From: Parcubacteria group bacterium
Lineage (GTDB): Bacteria; Patescibacteriota; Minisyncoccia; Phycocordibacterales; Phycocordibacteraceae
Reading direction: 5' to 3'
DNA length: 64,000 bases
Assembly (NCBI GenBank): GCA_028286615.1
Contig: JAQBRG010000005.1
Location: 913-64,912, forward strand
Of the stretch, positions 40,957 to 50,054 are shown piece after piece. Numbering within the stretch: position 1 is the stretch's first letter; each line of letters starts with the position of its first letter. The position numbers and the translations under genes are program-made. The notes beneath the pieces were generated by a model. The model did no database searches. It saw only the letters and a program-made list of their open reading frames with translations, and was not told the origin of the DNA.

Positions 40957-41088
40957 ATGGCCTCCTCAAAGAAAAAGGTACAGAAGCGGGCTCCTCAAGT
41001 ATTCAATACTAAAGGGATTAACAGCTTCTCAAATAAAGGAGTGCAGAAGCCGGTTAGAGCTTCGTACTTCGGAAAGAAGGCTCGATAA
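40957..41088 (+). CDS. 43-aa Lys/Arg-rich small protein
   Basis: MASSKKKVQKRAPQVFNTKGINSFSNKGVQKPVRASYFGKKAR, between LOG stop and terminator. Confidence 0.45.
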   Translation: MASSKKKVQKRAPQVFNTKGINSFSNKGVQKPVRASYFGKKAR

Positions 41089-41106
41089 TGATTTTTTTAC
41101 AGAAAA

Positions 41107-41134
41107 CCGGTCTGAACAAACATGTTCAGACCGG
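41107..41134. terminator. Terminator directly after RT stop
   Basis: CCGGTCTGAACA / TGTTCAGACCGG 12-bp perfect stem. Confidence 0.7.
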
Positions 41135-42352
41135 CTAGTTTTTAGGTATTTCAATATCGTAATCGCGTGCAAGTTTTAATACCGCTTGGCGAAACGATAC
41201 TCTCTCAGCGAATTGTACAAAGTCGATTACGTCCCCGTGTCTGCCGCTTGAAAAGCAATGCCAGAAACTCTTCTCCGGAACCACGAAGAACGAAGGGGTC
41301 TTCTCTTTTGTGAACGGGCTGAGGCATACGTACTCTCTGCCTCTCTGCGTGAGAGAACAATAAGAAGCTATTACCGCTACGAGTGGCGCATACTTACGCA
41401 CGCCATCGACGAACTCAATGCTTAAACGATTAGATTCGCGAGCCCATCGTTTGGGCAGCAAGCCCTCATCTTGAAGCTTGAAAATCCGTAGGGCGCATTC
41501 GTGCAAAAGCACCTTGAAGTTAGGTGAGACTTTTGTTCGACTGCTGCGAGTTCTTCCAATCGATCGAACGTGACTAACCAAACCGAGAAACGAATGTGCT
41601 TCTTCCGGTGTGGTTATGGCTCCTGCGAGCAGTGTTGCCAACTTCTGGCTTTGTTCGACAGTTGGACCCATGTATCCTTTCGGAGTCAGAACCACACCCG
41701 TTATTGTGATTGAAGACTTGCATCTATCTTTCACGAATGATTTTCGACGGTTAATTGAAAAACCTGCAGCTGACACCACGTCCCGGATTCGTTTTCGCAA
41801 AATATGCGGAATGGGATCCATCGAAGAAATGGTCAGATCGTCGAGATACCGGGTGTATACCGTCCGCGGCATGTCGATAAGATTACGTATACGAGAATCA
41901 ATCTCATGCGCGCAGTACAGATCGAACAGGGCAGGGGAGCAGGGTGCACCAACTGCCAAGCCGCCATCCTTGGAAGCACAGTGTGTTTTCAAGAATTTTA
42001 GCGTAGAAGCAGGATGGGTAAGCCGAGTATCGAGTGCATGCAATGCGTGTACCAGTTTGGTAAGAGACACGTTTGCATACGCTTCTCTAACATCAAGCTG
42101 GTAGAAATATCGGTTCTCAATATGCCACGCTGCGTTGTCTTTTCCTGAGCGTCCACTTAAGGCACCGAACGAAGAAAACAGTACAAAGTTGATATCAGGT
42201 ATGTCCTGTAGATAACCAAGCAGTCTCGTGTGCACTCTGCGCATTGCAACATTTGGATGCGCGATAAGTCGCTTCTTGCCCTTCGGGTATTGAATACTCC
42301 AGTCAAAGAGCGGAACACCAGAAGAGGTGTCCGCGAGCTCGGAGAGCTGCAT
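41135..42352 (-). CDS. Retron-type reverse transcriptase fused to C-terminal DnaG zinc-binding (zf-CHC2-like) domain
   Basis: KKR.I..P, NAAWH, QLD, G.P.SP.L, YTRYLDDLTIS, GF.IN..K, ITG; C-terminal LSPFTKEKTPSFFV...WHCFSSG.HGDVIDF. Confidence 0.88.
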   Translation of the reverse strand: MQLSELADTSSGVPLFDWSIQYPKGKKRLIAHPNVAMRRVHTRLLGYLQDIPDINFVLFSSFGALSGRSGKDNAAWHIENRYFYQLDVREAYANVSLTKLVHALHALDTRLTHPASTLKFLKTHCASKDGGLAVGAPCSPALFDLYCAHEIDSRIRNLIDMPRTVYTRYLDDLTISSMDPIPHILRKRIRDVVSAAGFSINRRKSFVKDRCKSSITITGVVLTPKGYMGPTVEQSQKLATLLAGAITTPEEAHSFLGLVSHVRSIGRTRSSRTKVSPNFKVLLHECALRIFKLQDEGLLPKRWARESNRLSIEFVDGVRKYAPLVAVIASYCSLTQRGREYVCLSPFTKEKTPSFFVVPEKSFWHCFSSGRHGDVIDFVQFAERVSFRQAVLKLARDYDIEIPKN

Positions 42353-42357
42353 TGGAT

Positions 42358-42410
42358 CCTCCTAAGTGTTAAGCCGTGTTCATCCTGAGCGCCTGAATGA
42401 GCAAAGTCAA
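42358..42410 (-). promoter_or_regulatory. Putative RT promoter and RBS
   Basis: TTGACT(42410-42405)-17 nt-CAGGAT; AGGAGG at 42363-42358. Confidence 0.5.
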
Positions 42411-42411
42411 A

Positions 42412-42739
42412 TAAATAAAACCGACCCTGAATACTGGGTCGGGTGATCTTTGCCTACAACGGGGGCCTGGAGAACCCTAGAAAACCGTTGTAGGCCGCCG
42501 GAGGCGACGCCGGACGTGTGCAGGCAGTGCCGTAGACCGGTGCGGATGTGAGCCTGAATCTCTTCCCGTGCTGGTCTAGAGAAGCATCAGGCGCGGTGAC
42601 GGGTCAAGCCCCATCGTTTACATATTGGTCTTGAGTATATGTAGTTCAAGTCCTAGGCAATCCATAGGTGCTGATCTAAATATATAAGAAAGAACAGCTG
42701 TTCTCCAGGCAACGCCGCGTACCAGATGGTTTCAGCGTC
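42412..42739 (-). ncRNA. Putative retron msr/msd-like RNA
   Basis: ORF-free; 11-bp inverted arms 42710-42700 / 42475-42465; AGC follows the 5' arm; several hairpins; terminator 42442-42421 plus U-tract. Confidence 0.7.
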
Positions 42740-42745
42740 AAAACT

Positions 42746-42774
42746 ACTTTAGCAGAGCAGGGGAGTTACGTCTA
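42746..42774 (-). promoter_or_regulatory. Putative ncRNA promoter
   Basis: TAGACG-17 nt-TAAAGT with extended TG; predicted start ~42739. Confidence 0.55.
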
Positions 42775-42800
42775 AAAGGCACCTTACTATTCTCCTATTT

Positions 42801-42842
42801 ACCACTTCCCCAGTGTTCTTTTTGGCTTTTCGGGGAAGTGGT
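42801..42842. repeat. 11-bp inverted repeat upstream of ncRNA promoter
   Basis: ACCACTTCCCC / GGGGAAGTGGT. Confidence 0.7.
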
Positions 42843-43055
42843 CACTTTTGCATAGATTGGTACGTACATAAATAAATACAGATAGGATTTCTTCTCACAG
42901 ATTTTTTCTAGACCTGTAGAGAGGGAAGAGAAGTACCAAATAGGAACTAAGCCTTAGGTGGTATTTAGCCCTTCCAGCTTATATACGTACACTTCGTACA
43001 ATATATCTTTGACGTAGTGTAACTGTTTGAGCCTATATAGTTACTTGCTCATCGA

Positions 43056-43736
43056 CTATGCAAATGTAAGCGCTTCTCTATTGTCACAAAACCTTCGGAA
43101 AGCATCCCAGGACATTAGTGACTGGTTCCCTGCCAGCTTCTTATCTTTTGTTTGAATAAACAAGTCAAGAATATCTTGAGTAAGATCAGGGTTCATTTGT
43201 AAGAATATTACGGGATAAGGTTGGTCTCTTGTGCACTCATATTTAAGAAGTTTACTATTTATGCAACCAACCAGGCTTCGTTTGTCTGAGGCGAAGAATG
43301 CATCAACACAGAAATTACCATTCTGATCATATATAAAGAAGTCAGCTCTACTACGAGTCTCTTCGCTAAAGAGATACTCTCGATGAACTAACTCCTTATG
43401 AAAACGCTTGCAGAGGTATGTATATACGTCGCTCTCATTCTTGTGAGCCCTTTTACCGATGGTTAGGGCACGGTCAGAGCTATGAGCTCCAGACCTATAA
43501 TCATCCTGACCACCAATACCAAGTTGCCGTCTTAGAGAAACAACGCCTCCAAAGCTATATTCAATTGCTCTTGAACTGGGCAAGTAAGGATAAGCATCTA
43601 TTTCGGGTGTCGTAGGATAGTGATTGTTTTCGAGGAAAAATTGTTCAAATCCAGCCTGAATTTCTTCAAGCTGCCATGGAGTCCTGTTCCCTTTTTGTAT
43701 TCGTAGTGGCATATCACTTATCAGTATTTCATACAA
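43056..43736 (-). CDS. Hypothetical protein, HTH-like N-terminus plus possible PD-(D/E)xK-like domain
   Basis: YPT..EID..PYLPS.R.I...FGG...LR; HRE......RADFF.......CVD.F. Confidence 0.5.
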   Translation of the reverse strand: MYEILISDMPLRIQKGNRTPWQLEEIQAGFEQFFLENNHYPTTPEIDAYPYLPSSRAIEYSFGGVVSLRRQLGIGGQDDYRSGAHSSDRALTIGKRAHKNESDVYTYLCKRFHKELVHREYLFSEETRSRADFFIYDQNGNFCVDAFFASDKRSLVGCINSKLLKYECTRDQPYPVIFLQMNPDLTQDILDLFIQTKDKKLAGNQSLMSWDAFRRFCDNREALTFA

Positions 43737-43821
43737 AGATATGAAAGTTATGAACTCGCCTGCTCGAGTATCCGAGATTAAATACGGCCCACTCTATGAA
43801 TATTTTAGGTAGGGGACTTCC

Positions 43822-44322
43822 CTATTTAACTACTAGGGTAACAGTAATCTCCTTTATAAACTGAGCACACATTTCGTCAGGATTGCATATTGGTCTGCCT
43901 GTAGCGTGAAGTGTAGTCGTTCCTACGGTACTTGCTGTATATACTCCTTGCTCTCCACGAATGGTAGAAATGTTTGTAACGCGAGTAACAATGCCTGTTG
44001 GATCGAAAGAAAGCTCCCATTGAAGAGAATCGCCCATGGCTATACCAAAGCGCTGGCCATGTTTAAGAACGACTGTCGTGTTGTCATCAGCCTGAGTAAC
44101 CATGTTCACCTCGGTCGTTGCAGGAGTCTCAGGGGGCGTGGTTACCGTTGTAACAGTGGTTGTGGTTGTAGTGCTCGCCAACTCTGTTGCAGGTGTAGAG
44201 GAAGCTGTAGAAACCTCTGGCGTTGCTGGAGGAGTATTAACGCTAAGCATAAAATACCCGGCAATACCGATAAGGATAATGACGCTAACAAGGCCGAGGA
44301 TGATGACATGCTTTTGGTTCAT
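43822..44322 (-). CDS. Membrane-anchored protein, chagasin/I42-like Ig domain
   Basis: TM, Thr-rich linker, D.N.TV.L..GQ.F...W pattern. Confidence 0.5.
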   Translation of the reverse strand: MNQKHVIILGLVSVIILIGIAGYFMLSVNTPPATPEVSTASSTPATELASTTTTTTVTTVTTPPETPATTEVNMVTQADDNTTVVLKHGQRFGIAMGDSLQWELSFDPTGIVTRVTNISTIRGEQGVYTASTVGTTTLHATGRPICNPDEMCAQFIKEITVTLVVK

Positions 44323-44372
44323 GGGATGGTACTTAAAGTGTATGACGTTAAAGATACTACTTTCTTACCTCT

Positions 44373-45293
44373 CTACATTGAACGAAGAAAGCGGCTAATA
44401 CGATCTGAGAAAGAAATCATTAAAGTCCCAAGATATTTTTTAAAGGTAGGCTTCGTGAGACCGGCAGTGTTTTGTGTTGCGTCTGGGTGGTACGCAATAA
44501 GGATCTCAGCTGTGGTAGCAACACGTAGTTCAATCGGCACTGACGTTGTTGAGATAACAAAAGGGATTGAGGCAGTAACGGTTGAGGTTGCGAGAGTGCT
44601 TGTGGCCGTTGAGTCTGTTAGAGACCGTACAATCTCTTTAATATCTTTTCCAACAGGAGTCTCACTAATAGGAGTTGGTTTAAGTACCTGTGGAGGGGTG
44701 GAGATTGAAACGTTTGGCGTAACTAGTTTAATAATAGGAACAACAGGCTCTGTGGTCTTTGGCTTTGCAGGCGGCAGTACCGCAGGAGGCGTAGCGAACA
44801 TCTGTACAACAAAGAGTGCGTCCTGGCCTTTGTAGGTACCTTTGGCAACTCCAACTCCCATGTACTTAAACCCACCATCAAGAATGTTATGCCTGTGTGC
44901 AGGGGAGCCCATCCATGCAGACACAACATCTTCAGAGTCCAAGATGTTAACGGTTAGATTCTCTCCCATGTAGTTGTACTTGTACCCGACAACATCTAGC
45001 CAGTGCATAGGCGTTACGCCCTCAGGAGAGACGTGTGCGTAATAGCTATTCTTTGCCATGTCTTCAGCCTTAAGCTGCGCAGCTCGACTAACGAACACAT
45101 CCTCGGAAAGGGTAGGCACACTTTCCTTCTCTCGCTCTGAGTTTGTTAGGGAGAAGACCTTGCTGGCTTGGACTGACGCAACCGTTCTGTCAGCAAGAGG
45201 CTTCTCAATCAGATCTTTAGAAGTGTGTAGAGCTACGGAGAATACAACAATACAGGAGAAGACGAGAAGCACGTCCCGAACATGTTTGTTCAT
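44373..45293 (-). CDS. CAP/SCP domain protein
   Basis: LTN.ER, KA.DM...Y.AH.SP, GENL, WM.SP.HR.NIL. Confidence 0.88.
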   Translation of the reverse strand: MNKHVRDVLLVFSCIVVFSVALHTSKDLIEKPLADRTVASVQASKVFSLTNSEREKESVPTLSEDVFVSRAAQLKAEDMAKNSYYAHVSPEGVTPMHWLDVVGYKYNYMGENLTVNILDSEDVVSAWMGSPAHRHNILDGGFKYMGVGVAKGTYKGQDALFVVQMFATPPAVLPPAKPKTTEPVVPIIKLVTPNVSISTPPQVLKPTPISETPVGKDIKEIVRSLTDSTATSTLATSTVTASIPFVISTTSVPIELRVATTAEILIAYHPDATQNTAGLTKPTFKKYLGTLMISFSDRISRFLRSM

Positions 45294-45350
45294 TATGATA
45301 GTTATAAAACAAAACTTAAAAGTTAGCAACCAGGGTTAAGGCCAGAATGG

Positions 45351-46322
45351 TTACGTATTCTTTACACTATATTCAATAAATCCTACATGAGTTGCTTCTG
45401 GCTCAAGAGTCAGAAGGCCGTTTGCGCCAGGGTCATTAGCGTTTACTGCATCAGTGCTGCAAGTCTGAGGCTCAATCTCAATCGTTCGGTCTTTGCCTAG
45501 GGTGTGCAAAACAATAAACTTACAATCCGCTGATGCGCGTATGCTAACTTCTAGATTTTCGGTTGGATATGAAATAACTGCCGGTTCGTCTGGTATCAAA
45601 TCAGTAAATACATGATCTAGCCTAAGTGCCGCGTTTACGGGTACCGGCTTCCGTAAATCAAACTGTCTAAACATAACTAAATCTAGATCAAGTAGTTCGT
45701 TAGTAGGAAGCAGGTCCTTATCCATACGCATAACTTGATTGGCAGGGAGCGTGAGCATAGTCTCGTCTCCTGAAAGACGCTTAAAAGAAGGATGAAGTGC
45801 GAAGCCAAATGGCATACGCTTGTCACTTGTGTTAGTTACTAAATATTCAATACGGAGTCCTAATTCTGAAAGTCGATACGTCAAGGTTAATTTTGAGGGT
45901 ACTGGAAACACGTCAAAGTATTCCTGTGAAGAATCCCAGTGCATGCTGGTTGTTACAAGCGCTGTGTCCCCTTCTACTGTAGGTACGCCATCAATATTCC
46001 ATTCCGCGTCATGGGCTAAGCCATGAATAAGCGCATTATCATCTACTCGTTTTGGATAATTCTCCAAAGAGTAGGAAGTATTCTCAAAAGTAAACTTCCT
46101 ATCACGTATGCGATTAGGAAAAGGATACAGAACAAAGCAGCCTGTATAAGCATGTTCTAACAATGCTTCCCTGTTTGTATGTATAAGTTCCCTCTCGTCT
46201 GTCTTGAGTGAGATAAGATTGCTTCCACAATCTACAGCTATTTCCGCAGAAAGAGCCCCGCTCTTAAGAGACGCTATGGTCCCTAATTTCTCATCTTGAT
46301 ACGTTGTCGCAAGAGGAGCCAT
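45351..46322 (-). CDS. Aldose 1-epimerase family protein
   Basis: LYPFPNRI, IHG, HP.F, IEPQT. Confidence 0.85.
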   Translation of the reverse strand: MAPLATTYQDEKLGTIASLKSGALSAEIAVDCGSNLISLKTDERELIHTNREALLEHAYTGCFVLYPFPNRIRDRKFTFENTSYSLENYPKRVDDNALIHGLAHDAEWNIDGVPTVEGDTALVTTSMHWDSSQEYFDVFPVPSKLTLTYRLSELGLRIEYLVTNTSDKRMPFGFALHPSFKRLSGDETMLTLPANQVMRMDKDLLPTNELLDLDLVMFRQFDLRKPVPVNAALRLDHVFTDLIPDEPAVISYPTENLEVSIRASADCKFIVLHTLGKDRTIEIEPQTCSTDAVNANDPGANGLLTLEPEATHVGFIEYSVKNT

Positions 46323-46333
46323 ATCCCTAGCGT

Positions 46334-46663
46334 CTATCCGATCCTGTCAGCTAGTGGAGGTACAGACGCATTCATACGAGCCGTAGCTTCGTTTGCAGTC
46401 TGCTTGTACTTGTCTGCCTCTGCTCGAAGATTGTTAATCTCTTTCTTCAACTTCCCCATCTGGATGCTGCTGCCAATAGCTCCTGGAAGAGACACGAGGA
46501 GACTAAGGACAATACCAAGAAGAATGGCAAGGATAACAACAACTGCTAGAGAGCTCTCAAACTGAAGGCCCATGAATGCAAGAGCTACAACCTCTGTGTT
46601 TTGAAGAATAAAGACAATGGCACCAACGCCGAGCACGAAGCCGATTATAAGTGAAAATATCAT
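46334..46663 (-). CDS. LapA/DUF1049 family membrane protein
   Basis: F.LQN..V.L.F, two TMs plus coiled coil. Confidence 0.7.
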   Translation of the reverse strand: MIFSLIIGFVLGVGAIVFILQNTEVVALAFMGLQFESSLAVVVILAILLGIVLSLLVSLPGAIGSSIQMGKLKKEINNLRAEADKYKQTANEATARMNASVPPLADRIG

Positions 46664-46690
46664 AGCAATATTATACCCCAAAAATAATAA

Positions 46691-47380
46691 CTAGGATTGC
46701 TCTGTGTAGTACTCAATCTTTATATCGTCTATCCACTCAGTGCCCGGAATAATGCTTAGGACTTTGCCAAAAATACGGGAATCTTCCTGTTTAACCACAA
46801 TTGGATAATAGGTGCCGTAGCTATTTTCAGGATTAAGATACACAACCTCATCTACCCGCTCGAATCGCTTGATAACTGCCATATTCCCAAGAATGGCAAC
46901 GACTCTGTCTCCGTTATCAACCTGGTTCGTTACCTCAACAATAACGTAGTCTCCGCTATGAATACCCGCGTCCTGCATACTGTCCCCCACTGCTTTAACT
47001 GCCACAATATTTGTTTGGCTAGCACGAGGACCAATGAGGCTGCGCTCTACAACGATGTACTCGCCGTATTGACTGTCGGCATAGACTTCCATGGCATCGC
47101 AACCCGCTGACGCAATAACAGGTACTTGTATAAGGTCTGAGCACATCTGAGATTCAACCCCATCAATTAGTGAAATGCTGCGATGCTGGAAGCGATCTCT
47201 CTTAATAAGGCCTTTCTTCTCAAGTCCCTCAATACGCTGGGTAACGCTCCTAAGAGAGCGGAGCTTTAGCTGAGTTGCAAGTTCTGTAATCGTTGGAGAC
47301 TTCCCGTTTTTCTCAATAGAGTTCTGAATGAGAACGAGCGTCTCTTTCTGTGCGGGCGTGAGTCCTACGAGCTTGGTCAT
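46691..47380 (-). CDS. lexA: LexA-family repressor
   Basis: wHTH (PT..EL...L, LEKKG.I.R), Ala-Gly site, GDSM, IKR. Confidence 0.85.
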   Translation of the reverse strand: MTKLVGLTPAQKETLVLIQNSIEKNGKSPTITELATQLKLRSLRSVTQRIEGLEKKGLIKRDRFQHRSISLIDGVESQMCSDLIQVPVIASAGCDAMEVYADSQYGEYIVVERSLIGPRASQTNIVAVKAVGDSMQDAGIHSGDYVIVEVTNQVDNGDRVVAILGNMAVIKRFERVDEVVYLNPENSYGTYYPIVVKQEDSRIFGKVLSIIPGTEWIDDIKIEYYTEQS

Positions 47381-47400
47381 AGATGTATGCTAGCACCCAC

Positions 47401-47452
47401 ATGTTTTAAAGAACATACACAACATGTGTATTTATCCACACAACATACACAA
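47401..47452. promoter_or_regulatory. Candidate operator repeats plus DnaA box in divergent lexA intergenic region
   Basis: AACATACACAA at 47412 and 47442; TTATCCACA 47432-47440. Confidence 0.5.
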
Positions 47453-47482
47453 GTTGAGAAAAACTTTGTACAATGAGCAGTA

Positions 47483-48916
47483 ATGCGCGTTCCTTGTCTT
47501 AGTGGTGCGAACTATGCCGTTGTCGATGTGGAGACAACGGGCACTAGTGCTACCTATGGACAGATAATCGAGATAGGAATTATACGTATCGAAGATGGAG
47601 AGGTTGTTGATACGTATCAGACATTCATCAAACCTACGAGTACGCTTAATCCTTTCATAACTTCTCTAACAGGAATACGAGATGCAGATCTGGAAAACGC
47701 CCCTTCCTTTGAACAAGTATCAGGACGCATACAGGAACTCCTTGAAGACGCTGTATTCGTAGCTCATAACGCACGCTTTGATTACTCCTTTGTTAAGAGC
47801 GAGTTCAGGCGTCTCGGTATCTCTTGGAATGCCAAGACTCTTTGTACTGTGCGCATGTCTCGGAAACTCTTCCCGGCTGAGAAGGCGCATAACTTAGATG
47901 CCCTTATAGAACTCCATGGTCTCCGAATGGAAAACAGGCATCGTGCCTTTGACGACGCGTACGCGCTCGTTGAGTTTATTACTATTGCTGCAGAAAAGCG
48001 TTCTGAAGAATTAGTGCGTGAGACTATTGCAACCATTCTCGGGAATCATACGCTCCCAGCGGCTATAGAACCAAGCGTTGTTAAGAATCTTCCGCATGCG
48101 CCTGGCGTGTACATCTTTTATGGAAACGAAGACAACGTCCTCTATGTTGGAAAAAGTGTAGACATAAAGACACGTGTGATGTCACACTTCTCCGCAGACC
48201 ATCTCTCAGGCAAGGAGCGGGCCATGTGCGAAGAAACTGCACACATAGAGTATGAAGTAACGAGTGGCGAGCTCTCTGCCCTGCTGCGCGAGTCCATCCT
48301 CATCAAAGAACTCTTGCCGCTGTATAACCGCAAGCTACGCAAAGCAAAAAAGCTTGCTGTTATAGCAAGCGAGACAAATGAGCTCGGATACAAGCATGCG
48401 GCCGTGGCGTATAGGGACGAATTAGATCAAGAAGACTTCGGGAATACCGAGGGCGTATTTAGAACTGCTTCTCAAGGCAAAGCGTCTCTTAAAGAAGCTG
48501 TTAAGGAATATCAGCTGTGCCCAAAGCTTCTAGGTATAGAGAAAGGTTCAGGTGCCTGTTTCCAGTACCAACTTAGAAAGTGTTTAGGGGCCTGCCTCGG
48601 AAAGGAAAATGTAGACATGTACAATGCTCGCTTCGCACAAGCGTTCGAGAAGCGTCGCATACGTTCTTGGCCCTTTAAAGGTCCAGTTATGCTGCCAGAA
48701 GATCCATCTGCTGAAGAAGGCACTGTGTATGTTATTGACCAGTGGCGAATACTGAAGACTCTTTCCTACACCACAGACGGGTATGACGAACGAGAGGTTG
48801 ATTCAGATTTTGATTACGATTCCTACAAGATTCTCAGCAAGCACCTTCTTCGCAGAGATGTGCGCGCAAAGCTAACGCCCTACACATCCCAGCTTTCAAG
48901 GGAGTATGCTTATTGA
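47483..48916 (+). CDS. DEDDh exonuclease fused to GIY-YIG (UvrC/Cho-like) nuclease
   Basis: VDVETTG, AHNARFD, HRA.DDA; PGVYIF..LYVGKS..R..SHF. Confidence 0.9.
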   Translation: MRVPCLSGANYAVVDVETTGTSATYGQIIEIGIIRIEDGEVVDTYQTFIKPTSTLNPFITSLTGIRDADLENAPSFEQVSGRIQELLEDAVFVAHNARFDYSFVKSEFRRLGISWNAKTLCTVRMSRKLFPAEKAHNLDALIELHGLRMENRHRAFDDAYALVEFITIAAEKRSEELVRETIATILGNHTLPAAIEPSVVKNLPHAPGVYIFYGNEDNVLYVGKSVDIKTRVMSHFSADHLSGKERAMCEETAHIEYEVTSGELSALLRESILIKELLPLYNRKLRKAKKLAVIASETNELGYKHAAVAYRDELDQEDFGNTEGVFRTASQGKASLKEAVKEYQLCPKLLGIEKGSGACFQYQLRKCLGACLGKENVDMYNARFAQAFEKRRIRSWPFKGPVMLPEDPSAEEGTVYVIDQWRILKTLSYTTDGYDEREVDSDFDYDSYKILSKHLLRRDVRAKLTPYTSQLSREYAY

Positions 48917-48924
48917 ATCAATTT

Positions 48925-49983
48925 CTAGTATGCGAGTGTCCACGTAGTTCCACGAAGCGGGAATGTGCCCGTAACCTTTCCAGAGGAATCCACACCTGTT
49001 GTATCAATCATGAGCGTGGTGCCAATTGAGGAAGCGATATCGCTACTCATAACCGCCTTAATCGTAAAGATACGAGGCTGGCCCTGAACAACGGTTGCCG
49101 CGAGCGGAATGAATGCAGCGCCGTTGGTAAAGGTACCGGTGACATTCATGCGAGATCCTCCCTTGTCGTCAGAGGTTGTAAAACCAGTGATGGTCTGTGC
49201 AGGAGCTGTACCATTTTGCTTCAACCAGAATCCCTTTATTTTTGCTGGTGTCTGGGTTGTATTTACTACACGTATGTAAGCAACCGGTACTGAGCCTCCG
49301 GCTTTAACTGTTCCGCCAAACAATAACGGCACGGTTGTTATCGATACGCTGGACGCATCAGTGCCCGCGCTTGAGCCACCTACCGTAAACTTCTCGTTCG
49401 CGAGTTCGTTAAATTCATACTTCTTATCTCCGTAGAGACTTATCTCGTACTTCCCTGCATCAAGACCCTTAACCAAGTTCACTGTCCATGTGCCGCGCTT
49501 AACTTTCAAAGTCTTGCTCTTGTACACGACGTCGCCATCCGCATTACGTATCTGTACGGTTACGCTCTTAACTCCTGTAACCTTTCCACTAAAAGCACGC
49601 TTTGCATCAGTGGAGGATAGCGTGTCACTGTCGATGCTTCCTTCTGCAATGTATGCAGTTACAGAACAAGTAACTTTCTTACTGCCAGAACTAAAGGTAT
49701 AGGAATACTTGGTTGTTTTGTCGGGAGATTCAGTTTCAGATCCGGAAAGACTTATGCTCTTCCCCTTTTCGTCCACGGCTTTCTTCGCGTTGTCGCTTGT
49801 CCACTTAATTTCAAGGTCGTCTCCTTCTTGTACGTATATTTTTGCATCTTTAGACACACGTACCTCTCCTGCAGAGGTTGATACGTTTAAAGAGCACATT
49901 GGTTTGTTGCTTGCGGCAGAGGCTGAGAACGGTAGAAATGCTACCGAAAGAAGCATGAGCGCTAGGGGAAAGCGTAGAGACAT
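48925..49983 (-). CDS. Secreted hypothetical protein (Ig-like repeats)
   Basis: Signal peptide, beta-rich Ser/Thr/Lys composition. Confidence 0.6.
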   Translation of the reverse strand: MSLRFPLALMLLSVAFLPFSASAASNKPMCSLNVSTSAGEVRVSKDAKIYVQEGDDLEIKWTSDNAKKAVDEKGKSISLSGSETESPDKTTKYSYTFSSGSKKVTCSVTAYIAEGSIDSDTLSSTDAKRAFSGKVTGVKSVTVQIRNADGDVVYKSKTLKVKRGTWTVNLVKGLDAGKYEISLYGDKKYEFNELANEKFTVGGSSAGTDASSVSITTVPLLFGGTVKAGGSVPVAYIRVVNTTQTPAKIKGFWLKQNGTAPAQTITGFTTSDDKGGSRMNVTGTFTNGAAFIPLAATVVQGQPRIFTIKAVMSSDIASSIGTTLMIDTTGVDSSGKVTGTFPLRGTTWTLAY

Positions 49984-50054
49984 AAATAGGTATTTAGGAG
50001 TAAGAGTAGGCAAAGTATAAGTCTTCCATAGTGTGCGTATCATGAAGACAAACG

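Noticed and set aside
42519-42531. Similarity of ncRNA region (GCAGGCAGT) to array repeat (GCTGGCAGT)
   Set aside because: Only 8 of 9 nt, expected by chance; no sequence link between RT locus and array
41135-42842. DGR or group II intron interpretation of the RT
   Set aside because: No TR/VR repeat pair, avd gene, maturase domain or domain V seen; NAxxH and ITG motifs favour a retron
43906-44835. 309-aa plus-strand ORF and other long antisense ORFs (e.g. 59864-60547, 15436-16032)
   Set aside because: Shadow frames of well-supported opposite-strand genes
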